Assembly (NCBI GenBank): GCA_027491085.1
Contig: JAIXWW010000020.1
Span: 72,586-136,585 of the forward strand
Length of the DNA: 64,000 bases
From: Bacteroidota bacterium
GTDB taxonomy: Bacteria > Bacteroidota > Bacteroidia > UKL13-3
Direction of reading: 5' to 3'
Every line of letters begins with the position of its first letter. Within the stretch, counting starts at the first letter, position 1. The position numbers were made by a program, and so were the translations under genes. The notes under the pieces were generated by a model, which ran no database searches, had not been told where the DNA came from, and saw only the letters and a list, made by a program, of their open reading frames with translations. This document shows positions 1-8,144 of this stretch, piece by piece.

Positions 1-2
1 TA

Positions 3-170
3 ACTTCAATTATTGGTCCTTTGGTTATGACCAATTTGTTTGCCTATACTACTGCTAAAGATTCTTTATTCTTTTTACCAGGAGCTCCCTTTTTTTTAGC
101 AGCGTTACTAATTTTAATTAGTGGTTATTTTGCTTTCAAAACCTTATCAAAACATAGGCTTAGCAAATAA
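3..170 (+). CDS. 3' end of a polytopic membrane transporter gene (MFS-like); 5' part lies outside the window
   Basis: Frame 3 is open from the window edge to TAA at 168-170. The translation TSIIGPLVMTNLFAYTTAKDSLFFLPGAPFFLAALLILISGYFAFKTLSKHRLSK* shows two hydrophobic helices and a basic tail, like the last TMs of MFS permeases. It is absent from the ORF track because there is no start codon in the window. Confidence 0.4.
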   Translation, partial: TSIIGPLVMTNLFAYTTAKDSLFFLPGAPFFLAALLILISGYFAFKTLSKHRLSK

Positions 171-291
171 TTGAATGATAAAATAAAAGTTTAAACCAAA
201 ACTTATAAAGAAATAAATTATTTGCAGGCTTTTTATTTCAAAAAAATAAATATTTTGCAGTACAAAATTTAACTAAAAAATATTCAAAATT

Positions 292-708
292 ATGGCAGCA
301 CCAAATGTAGGCGATGTATTTACACACAATATTAAATACACACAAGAGCAAGTAAATTTATATGCACAAATTAGTGGAGATACCAACCCATTACACACCA
401 ATTCTGAGGCAGGAAAAGCAAGTATTTTTGGACGTAATATTATTCATGGACATTTTAGTGCAAGTGTGTTTACTAAAATATTTGGAGCATTGTATTATGC
501 CGAAGGACATATTTACATGAAACAAAATAATACTTTTTTAAAACCAATGTTTGTTGATACAGATTACCAAGCTGTAATTACTGTAAAAGAAATTTTCCCT
601 GAAAAAAACCGCGTACTGTACGAAACCAAAATTGTTGATGTGGCTACAGGTGCAGATACATTGGTAGGAGAGGCCTTATTAATGAATAAATTACAATATG
701 TTTGGTAA
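292..708 (+). CDS. MaoC-like (R)-specific enoyl-CoA hydratase / hot-dog fold dehydratase
   Basis: 138 aa. YAQISGDTNPLHTNSEAG fits the hydratase-2/MaoC motif [YF]-x(1,2)-[LVIG]-[STGC]-G-D-x-N-P-[LIV]-H-x5-[AS]. Size matches a single hot-dog domain. Confidence 0.8.
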   Translation: MAAPNVGDVFTHNIKYTQEQVNLYAQISGDTNPLHTNSEAGKASIFGRNIIHGHFSASVFTKIFGALYYAEGHIYMKQNNTFLKPMFVDTDYQAVITVKEIFPEKNRVLYETKIVDVATGADTLVGEALLMNKLQYVW

Positions 709-822
709 ATAAAAAGGCCAAATTATTAATTTAAAACCGCTTAATAACATTAAATAATACTGCTTAAGTATTGAATATTTTGTTATTGAGCGGTTTGTTT
801 TTTTTATAAATAAATTCACATT

Positions 823-2910
823 ATGATAAAATCTATTTTTAAATTTTTATTTCTTTTTTGTAGCTTACATACTGCTATGGCGCAACAAAACCTTACTATT
901 GACAACCTTTGGCAGCTAGGCCGTGTGGCTGATGCTCAAGTTTCGAATGATGGAAAAACCGTGATTTATGGTGTAAGAAATTACAGTATTAAATCCAATA
1001 AAAGCACTAACATCATTTACAGTATTACCATCAATGGGGAGAATAAAACTGCATTGACTGATGGCGATTTCAATGCATTTGGTGCACGATTCACTCCTAA
1101 TGGAAATAAAATTAGTTTTTTGAGTGCTAAAAGTGGTGATGTACAACTTTGGGAAATGAATTTGGACGGAAGTAATAAAACCAAAGTAACTAATTTTAAT
1201 GGAGGAATAAGTGGTTATAAGTATTCACCAATAATGAAATACATAGCTTTTACTGCAGATGTGAAATTGGATAAAGAAGTAAAAGAAATTTACCCTGATT
1301 TGGATAAATGCAATGCAAGAATTATTGATGGATTATTTTATCGTCATTGGGATAGTTGGCACGATTATGCATACAGTCATTTATTTATTATACCTTATTC
1401 AAATGGAGAAACCAATGGCGATGCATTAGATATTATGAAGGATGAAAAATTTGATTGTCCTTTACAACCTCATGGTGATGATGATGAATTTAATTGGAGT
1501 CCTGATGGAACAAAATTAGCTTACAATAGCAGGAAATTAACCGGAACTGCTGAGGCCATTTCAACCAATAGTGATATTTATATTTATAATTTAATTTCAA
1601 AACAAACTTCAAATATTTCATCAATCAATGAAGGGTATGACAGAAACCCGCAGTTTTCGCCTGATGGAAATAAAATACTTTGGTTAAGTATGCAAGGCAA
1701 GGGAAATGAAAGTGATTTGAACAGATTGGTTTGTTTGGATATTTCAAATCCTAAAGAAATCAATTATTCAAAAGCACCAATTATTGAAATAACTGGCAAA
1801 AGAAATTTTGATTATCCTGTAGAAAATTTCCAATGGAGCAACGATAATAAAAGCATTTATTTTACTGCTCCATACAAAGGAACTAAACAATTATTTGAAT
1901 ACAGTTTTACAGTAAAAAAAGGTCAAGATAACATTACTAAAATATCGAATACCGAAACTGATTATGGTTCATTTTGTGCAATTACAAACAATAAAAAAAC
2001 AAATTTTGTAATCAGTAAAATGAGCATTTCATTGCCAACAGAACTTTTTGTTATTGATCCAAAAAGTAAAACAGAAAAGCAAATTACTTTTACCAATAAG
2101 GCTATTTTAGATGAAGTTAAAATGGGTAGAGTAGAAAAAAGAATCACTAAAACTACTGATGGTAAAGACTTGCTGAGTTGGGTTATTTATCCGCCAAACT
2201 TTGACGCTACTAAAAAATATCCAACTTTACTTTATTGTCAAGGTGGACCTCAAAGCGCATTGACTCAGTTTTTCAGTTACCGATGGAATTTTCAATTAAT
2301 GGCCGCTAATGGTTATATTGTTATTGCACCTAACAGACGCGGAATGCCAGGACATGGAAGTGATTGGAACGATGCCATTACAGGCGATTATGGTGGACAA
2401 TGTATGAAAGATTATTTAAGTGCCATTGATGATATCAGTAGTGAGCCATACGTAGATAAAGATAAGCTAGGCGCTGTAGGAGCAAGCTTTGGTGGCTTTT
2501 CTGTTTATTGGCTAGCAGGTAATCATAATAAAAGGTTTAAAACGTTTATAGCCCATTGTGGTATGTTTAACATGGAAAGTTGGTATGGAACCACCGAAGA
2601 AATGTATTTTGCTAATAACGATAATAAGGGACCCTATTGGAGTCAAACGGATCATCCTAATAACTTTGATGCATCCCCGCATAAGTTTGTTCAAAACTGG
2701 GATTCACCCATTTTAGTAATACATAATGAAAAGGACTTTAGGGTACCGCTAGGACAAGGAATGGAAGCATTTACTGCGGCACAAATAAAAGGAGTTCCAA
2801 GTAGATTTTTATACTTCCCTGACGAAAACCATTGGGTTACCAAGCCTCAAAATAGCGTGCTTTGGCAACGGGTATTCTTTGATTGGTTGAGTAAGTATTT
2901 AAAAGATTAG
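823..2910 (+). CDS. S9 family serine peptidase (prolyl oligopeptidase / acylaminoacyl-peptidase type), secreted
   Basis: 695 aa with a signal peptide and an N-terminal beta-propeller-like region. The C-terminal alpha/beta hydrolase has the GASFGGF nucleophile elbow (GxSxGG), EKDFRVP (Asp) and DENHW (His). Confidence 0.85.
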   Translation: MIKSIFKFLFLFCSLHTAMAQQNLTIDNLWQLGRVADAQVSNDGKTVIYGVRNYSIKSNKSTNIIYSITINGENKTALTDGDFNAFGARFTPNGNKISFLSAKSGDVQLWEMNLDGSNKTKVTNFNGGISGYKYSPIMKYIAFTADVKLDKEVKEIYPDLDKCNARIIDGLFYRHWDSWHDYAYSHLFIIPYSNGETNGDALDIMKDEKFDCPLQPHGDDDEFNWSPDGTKLAYNSRKLTGTAEAISTNSDIYIYNLISKQTSNISSINEGYDRNPQFSPDGNKILWLSMQGKGNESDLNRLVCLDISNPKEINYSKAPIIEITGKRNFDYPVENFQWSNDNKSIYFTAPYKGTKQLFEYSFTVKKGQDNITKISNTETDYGSFCAITNNKKTNFVISKMSISLPTELFVIDPKSKTEKQITFTNKAILDEVKMGRVEKRITKTTDGKDLLSWVIYPPNFDATKKYPTLLYCQGGPQSALTQFFSYRWNFQLMAANGYIVIAPNRRGMPGHGSDWNDAITGDYGGQCMKDYLSAIDDISSEPYVDKDKLGAVGASFGGFSVYWLAGNHNKRFKTFIAHCGMFNMESWYGTTEEMYFANNDNKGPYWSQTDHPNNFDASPHKFVQNWDSPILVIHNEKDFRVPLGQGMEAFTAAQIKGVPSRFLYFPDENHWVTKPQNSVLWQRVFFDWLSKYLKD

Positions 2911-2946
2911 TGTAATAATTATTTGTTGGCGAAAAACTTTTCTATT

Positions 2947-3540
2947 TTAAAGTTTTTCGCCAGCTTCAATTCTAGTATTGATAAAATTCTCTTTAGGAGG
3001 AATTGGACAAGTATAATTGCTGTTATACAAGCAATATGGATGATAAGCTAAGTTGAAATCAATATCTACTAAGTTGTTTTTAGGAATTTCTATATCTAAA
3101 TAACGGCCTCCACCATAAGTTTCACTTCCAGTAGTTAAATCGGTAAAACAAATAAGTAAGTAGTTCTTATATTCCTCTTTTTTATTGACTGCTTCTAAAA
3201 CTGTAAGCTCGTAATTATTACCATTTAGAGTAAAACTAATTTTACCATATTGCTTATAGGGCTTACTGCTATTATGCGAGTGAGGCAATTCAAAATGAGG
3301 CATATCGGCATACTTAGTTAAAGTAGCAGTTACTTTATAATTTGGGTTTACTTCAAAAAACTTTAAACCAGTAAATGTTTTCAATTTATTGGTGTCAAGT
3401 GGTGTGGTTTGAGCATCAAAAAAAGTGTGGTTAGTACTGTTTCTATGTGCTAAAATAGAATCTAAATAAGCTTGATCAATTCCATTGCAAGCTGTTAAAA
3501 ACAATGCCGCAAAAACTAATAATTTATTTACAATTTTCAT
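2947..3540 (-). CDS. DUF1684-like lipoprotein
   Basis: 197 aa with lipobox LTAC. The C-terminal AYHPYCLYNSNYTCPIPPKEN resembles the conserved DUF1684 signature. There is a 0-nt gap to the upstream gene, so it is the last gene of a three-gene minus-strand operon. Confidence 0.7.
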   Translation of the reverse strand: MKIVNKLLVFAALFLTACNGIDQAYLDSILAHRNSTNHTFFDAQTTPLDTNKLKTFTGLKFFEVNPNYKVTATLTKYADMPHFELPHSHNSSKPYKQYGKISFTLNGNNYELTVLEAVNKKEEYKNYLLICFTDLTTGSETYGGGRYLDIEIPKNNLVDIDFNLAYHPYCLYNSNYTCPIPPKENFINTRIEAGEKL

Positions 3541-4479
3541 TTAATGAATCTCGTACTCTTTAACCTGCTGAACCACAAATTTATTAGCACCATTGGTCCC
3601 ATTGTGAACAAATACTACTAATTTTAAATTTTGTCTATTCCAAGTTTCGTTGGGTGCAAATTGGTAATCGTATGTTTTTTCAAAAACACGCCCAGGTACA
3701 ATGCTTGCTTTTAATTGCGAACCAGTAGTTGGGGTAATCATTCTGCGTAAAATATGGTTGTGTAAATAGATTTCATTTACCATAGCGCCATCTTCTTGGC
3801 AATCAATTAAACTATCTTCAATAATAGCTATACTTACAAATTGAGAATCGGTAGAAGCCGAGGTATAAGTTAATTTTACATTTATTCTAATGGTATTAGC
3901 ATCTACATAATATACTCCTTTTGTTCCAAAAGTATCAATGTTTACAATAGAAGTTGTAAGTAGTTTTTCAGATGTTTTACCGGGCCATTTATTATCATTA
4001 ATCAATATTGCACTTTCACTTGGACTAAATAAAGTTCTATTAATGGAACCAATTGGTAATTGGCTTGTTCCACCTAGCATGGTTAATAAATCAGCAGCTT
4101 CTTCAGTTCTAAAATCATATTTACTATTATGGTCATCACCTGGTTTTTTAAATGGACTGGTTAATGTAGCTAACAATCCCTTACCTGGATGCATGGCCAT
4201 AACAAATACTCTTCCTGGGTAGTCTGACATTAATTTTTTAGCCACACCTTGTGCACGCGGGCAGTTAGGGCATTTAACACCAGTAAAATCTTCAATTAAT
4301 ACATTAGTAGCCTGAGCAGCAGGAATGGTATTGGTAATATAAGTGGTATCAAATACACTTCTTTCCGGTGTAAAATTTAATCCTGGAGGTGCTTCCTCAT
4401 CGCAAGATGCCAATGCAAAAATACTCAATGCAATTATTTGCAACGCTTTGATGCTTTTTATTTTATTTAATATTTTCAT
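3541..4479 (-). CDS. Omp28-related / thioredoxin-like outer membrane lipoprotein
   Basis: 312 aa with lipobox LASC. It has the FTGVKCPNCP CxxC motif in the context typical of Bacteroidota Omp28-related lipoproteins. Confidence 0.6.
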   Translation of the reverse strand: MKILNKIKSIKALQIIALSIFALASCDEEAPPGLNFTPERSVFDTTYITNTIPAAQATNVLIEDFTGVKCPNCPRAQGVAKKLMSDYPGRVFVMAMHPGKGLLATLTSPFKKPGDDHNSKYDFRTEEAADLLTMLGGTSQLPIGSINRTLFSPSESAILINDNKWPGKTSEKLLTTSIVNIDTFGTKGVYYVDANTIRINVKLTYTSASTDSQFVSIAIIEDSLIDCQEDGAMVNEIYLHNHILRRMITPTTGSQLKASIVPGRVFEKTYDYQFAPNETWNRQNLKLVVFVHNGTNGANKFVVQQVKEYEIH

Positions 4480-4490
4480 ATTTTTATTTT

Positions 4491-6176
4491 TTAAAAATTA
4501 GTTTGTAATGTAACCCTAACTCCACTAAATGCTGGTTCCACGCGGCAAACACCACCTGTACAATTCACACCTTCTACTTGCTTGATAAATCCAGCTGTCA
4601 TCCTGGTAGTTTTGTATGTATAACTTCCAAATACATTCCAATAATGCACTAAATCATCACTACTAGAAGCAGTATTTCTTTTTACCCTATTCACATTTAC
4701 CATATCGCCAACACTAAATGAATAATGTGGTGCTATATTTAACTCCACTGTTGCATTTATAAAATCACCTAAATCTTGAGCGGTATTTAAATACTGAGCT
4801 TCTACTCTTAATGAACGAGTAGGAGTTAATTTATAAGTTATTTCTCCAAAATAAGTTTTAGCCGTTACGTATTCATACTCTTTAGTTTTCTGTTCAAATA
4901 ACTGTTGGTTATAATTAATGTACTGAAAACCCAACATGGCTTTGAACTTTTTATTAAACTTATGCGATACATCTATATAATGTTCTCTAAAATAACGTGT
5001 GGTGTCAGTACTAAAATCAAACGGATTGATTCTAGTAGCATCAAAATCGTTTTTACCTGTAACCACACTGGTATTGATATTAATGGTAGTTTGATGTTTT
5101 TTGAAATAAGCAGCTTGAGGTTTAATGGTAAATTCCATACCTAATGCATTTTCGCCTAATTCTTGCACCACTGCATTGTAACGAGCCAATAATCTATAAG
5201 TATTTTGACGCGTTAAACTTGGTAAATAAGCAATCATTCCCAAATTTAAGTTTTCTAAAGGTGAGGTTCTAAGCGAAAAACTTTCAATGCGTTTGTATTG
5301 TGCATTGATACCTAAACCTTTGGTTGAAAATGATAAACTGGTATAATAAACACGACCATCTTTTAACTCCATTCTATCTAATTTAGGGTTAAAAATAGCC
5401 TCTTTACTTTTTTGGCAATACTCTGTATATAAGCTGAATTTTTTATAGCTTAAAGTATTGTAAACATTACCTAAATACACATTGTAAGTTGGTATAAATC
5501 TGTTTACAGCATCATAATTATTTATAGTTCCCACTATGGTATTCATGGTGCCTTGGTCAATGGTTCTGTTTACACCACTGGCTCCTAATTGAAAATTCAA
5601 ATCTTCGTTCACTTCAATTCTGTGCTCAATATTCACTCCTTTTATTACTTCAGGGCGCACATCAAACCTGAATTTTTGTAAACCGGTAAAAGCTTTGATT
5701 TGGGTATTTTCGCTTGGCGTGTAAATAACCCTTGCACCATTTATGGCAAAATCTAAACCTAAGTTTCTATCTTCAAAAGCTCTAAAAACCATACCTGTTC
5801 CAAACTGGTCGTAAAAATAACCAACGGTTACATTGAATTTATCAATGTCTTTACTAACACTCCACATACCAATTCCGCTTTTGGTAAAAGCCTCACTTGG
5901 GTTAAATAAAGGCGAGTTGTTAAACACATCGTAACGAAGGTTAAACTTAAAGCCTTTCAATTTGTAACTTAAAAATAACCAAGCATCAGCACTTGATAAT
6001 TCGCGCTTGTATTGAGTAGTATTGGTTCCAATTTTAGGGTCGTTTACATAAAATTGGTTGGTGTTTTGAAAGTTCCCCGAAAATTCGCCTTTGTCTTTTT
6101 TGTCATCGCTCTCCTGAGCGCTTATATAAGTAAGGCAAGATAAGGAAGTAAATAAGGTAAGTAGTACTTTTTTCAT
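4491..6176 (-). CDS. Outer-membrane beta-barrel protein (DUF6029-like; family assignment from memory only)
   Basis: 561 aa with a signal peptide, amphipathic beta-strand periodicity and the C-terminal ...LQTNF aromatic terminus typical of OM barrels. It is the first gene of the operon with 3541-4479 and 2947-3540. Confidence 0.5.
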   Translation of the reverse strand: MKKVLLTLFTSLSCLTYISAQESDDKKDKGEFSGNFQNTNQFYVNDPKIGTNTTQYKRELSSADAWLFLSYKLKGFKFNLRYDVFNNSPLFNPSEAFTKSGIGMWSVSKDIDKFNVTVGYFYDQFGTGMVFRAFEDRNLGLDFAINGARVIYTPSENTQIKAFTGLQKFRFDVRPEVIKGVNIEHRIEVNEDLNFQLGASGVNRTIDQGTMNTIVGTINNYDAVNRFIPTYNVYLGNVYNTLSYKKFSLYTEYCQKSKEAIFNPKLDRMELKDGRVYYTSLSFSTKGLGINAQYKRIESFSLRTSPLENLNLGMIAYLPSLTRQNTYRLLARYNAVVQELGENALGMEFTIKPQAAYFKKHQTTININTSVVTGKNDFDATRINPFDFSTDTTRYFREHYIDVSHKFNKKFKAMLGFQYINYNQQLFEQKTKEYEYVTAKTYFGEITYKLTPTRSLRVEAQYLNTAQDLGDFINATVELNIAPHYSFSVGDMVNVNRVKRNTASSSDDLVHYWNVFGSYTYKTTRMTAGFIKQVEGVNCTGGVCRVEPAFSGVRVTLQTNF

Positions 6177-6366
6177 GCGATTGCAATATTATAATTGTGA
6201 GGCAATAAAAAAAACTGTAAAATATTGGATTTTAGTTTTCTGTTTACTTAGTGAATGGACTCATTAAAGGAAAAGTAAAATGCGATTTCGGAACTGAAAG
6301 GCTGGTTAAAAGAAAGTAAAAAAACACTAAATGAAAGCAATTTTTTTAAAAAAGCATAGATATAAA

Positions 6367-6576
6367 TTTACTTTATGTTGAGTGTTTTTTACTTTATGCT
6401 CAGTATAAAAGAATTTATGCTGAGTATATTTTGCTTTATGCCCAATGTAATTTACTTTATGCTGTGTGTGTTTTACTTTATGCTTAGTATAAAAGAATTT
6501 ATGCTGATTATTTTTTACTTTATGACTAGTATAATTTACTTTATGCTAAGTATATCTTGCTTTATGCCTGATATAA
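6367..6576. repeat. Tandem array of ten 21-bp units, consensus TTTACTTTATGCTNAGTATAA
   Basis: The (C/A)TTTATG core recurs at exactly 21-nt spacing, starting at 6371, 6392, 6413, 6434, 6455, 6476, 6497, 6518, 6539 and 6560. Units 2-3 and 6-7 are near-identical, giving an 84-nt higher-order repeat. Confidence 0.95.
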
Positions 6577-6703
6577 TACTCACCCAGCTGGTTCGGATTT
6601 GCAATCCGAATAAACTATTAATAGAATTTGCAATCCGTTTTTTAACAACCTATCCATTAAGCAAAAATATTAATTGGAATGAGATATTTCGCATTACAAA
6701 TGC

Positions 6704-6943
6704 TTATAGGTAGTAAAGTACGGTTTGCAAAACCGCACTGGCGGGTATCTTTTGTATTTCATTATCCAAATTAAAGCCACCTATTTGGTGTCTATCAAAT
6801 GTTGTGTATGGGTGTCCATAGGTCATACCATCTACCTTGTGTCTTCCTCTAAATAGTTCTTGAATATCCGTACAAGAAGGAGGTTGAGCTATAAGTTTAA
6901 TACTAAAAATGAATAATAGTAAAAGTAACAAATTTCTTTTCAT
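6704..6943 (-). CDS. Small secreted hypothetical protein
   Basis: 79 aa with an N-terminal signal peptide (MKRNLLLLLLFIFSIKLIAQ). It lies 6 nt downstream of 6950-7597. No recognisable domain. Confidence 0.4.
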   Translation of the reverse strand: MKRNLLLLLLFIFSIKLIAQPPSCTDIQELFRGRHKVDGMTYGHPYTTFDRHQIGGFNLDNEIQKIPASAVLQTVLYYL

Positions 6944-6949
6944 GATATT

Positions 6950-7597
6950 TTATTTTTTTATAATTGTCCAATTGATATTATTTATTTTATCTTGGATATA
7001 AAATAACCCAAATTCTTTACAGTAATAACCTTTTCCTATATTATAATTATCAAATTCATGAAATTCATAAAATACATTTTTGAACATTACATTATTAATA
7101 ATTGTATCTCCAATATATTTTTTATATTTTTTATCATCAACAACACAATCACAAAAAATAACGTGTAAATCATTATTAAAGTGAAATTCTATCATATTGT
7201 AATAATCATTATCAGGTCTTGTATTGCTGTTTACCTCTATAAATAGTTCTTTTCCATGCTTAAATTGAAAACTACCATTTCCTTTAATGCAAGTATATTT
7301 TGCTCCATAGGTTTCATAGCAGTTGTAATTTGGTAAACAATCTTTACTGCTATAATAATCTTTGCAATACCAACTGCTATCTTTGGCTTGTCGAACAAAC
7401 ACAAGTGTATCTCCTTTATTGCTAGCATAGCTTATTGTATCAAACTGTTTTTTTAAGTAAGGTACTTTACTTTTTGAAGTGCTATCTAAGGTTTGATAGT
7501 TATAGGTTTGATCGCCACAAGGAGTGTTGTTTTTGTCTTTCAGGCAGCTTTGAGTAAATACAATAAGTAGTAAAATAACAAGTACTTGTTTTTTCAT
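6950..7597 (-). CDS. Hypothetical lipoprotein (Cys/Tyr-rich)
   Basis: 215 aa with a signal peptide and lipobox-like TQSC. No recognisable domain. Confidence 0.5.
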   Translation of the reverse strand: MKKQVLVILLLIVFTQSCLKDKNNTPCGDQTYNYQTLDSTSKSKVPYLKKQFDTISYASNKGDTLVFVRQAKDSSWYCKDYYSSKDCLPNYNCYETYGAKYTCIKGNGSFQFKHGKELFIEVNSNTRPDNDYYNMIEFHFNNDLHVIFCDCVVDDKKYKKYIGDTIINNVMFKNVFYEFHEFDNYNIGKGYYCKEFGLFYIQDKINNINWTIIKK

Positions 7598-8144
7598 AAT
7601 TTTTTATGGTTTTAAAGTTTAACAAATGTTAGAATAATTAATTAACAAAAACATACCCATAAATAGATATTTTTATAAAAACAAACATTGGTTATTTTAA
7701 TTGTAATTACAATAAATAATTTTTTAATGTGGCAAATAAAATTTATTGCATTTATTACCAATAAATTAACTATAAAAAACGCCTGAATTTTTATGGTTAT
7801 TTATAACCAAATTTGGTACTTTATAACCATACGTTTTTAATGATAATTAATATGGAATAAACAAGAAAAACCCACCTAATGAGTATTTTATTACTTACTA
7901 GGTAGGTTTTAAAAAAAAATCATCAAGAATTAAATTTTATTCAAGTTTAAATAAAGCTAATCAATTAACCGCAGTCGCTCGCATCTTGCGAGTGATTTTA
8001 TATTAGGCTTCCCGCCATTTATTTAACTTTATGATGTTAGCCGGAGGCTTATCAATACTTTCACTGGCAGGACACTAGCGAATGACGGAAAAAAATAGCG
8101 TTTTACTTTAAATCTATCAACGGACAACAATCAACCAACAACTA

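Noticed and set aside
6367-6576. Possible CRISPR array
   Set aside because: The units are contiguous with no unique spacers, the period is only 21 nt, there is no palindromic CRISPR-like repeat, and there are no cas genes in the window.
6589-6610. tRNA-like T-arm (GGTTCGGATT...AATCCGAA)
   Set aside because: It is only a single symmetric hairpin, with no acceptor, D or anticodon arms around it. I found no GTTCGAATC/GTTCAAATC T-loop contexts anywhere else, so I call no tRNA genes in the window.
6375-6713. 112-aa ORF (MLSVFYFMLSIKEF...) from the ORF track
   Set aside because: It is an artefact of the 21-bp tandem array. Because 21 nt equals 7 codons and every unit contains ATG, the frame stays open. 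The product would be a purely hydrophobic heptad repeat with no signal or domain logic, and the ORF runs through a hairpin plus T-run.
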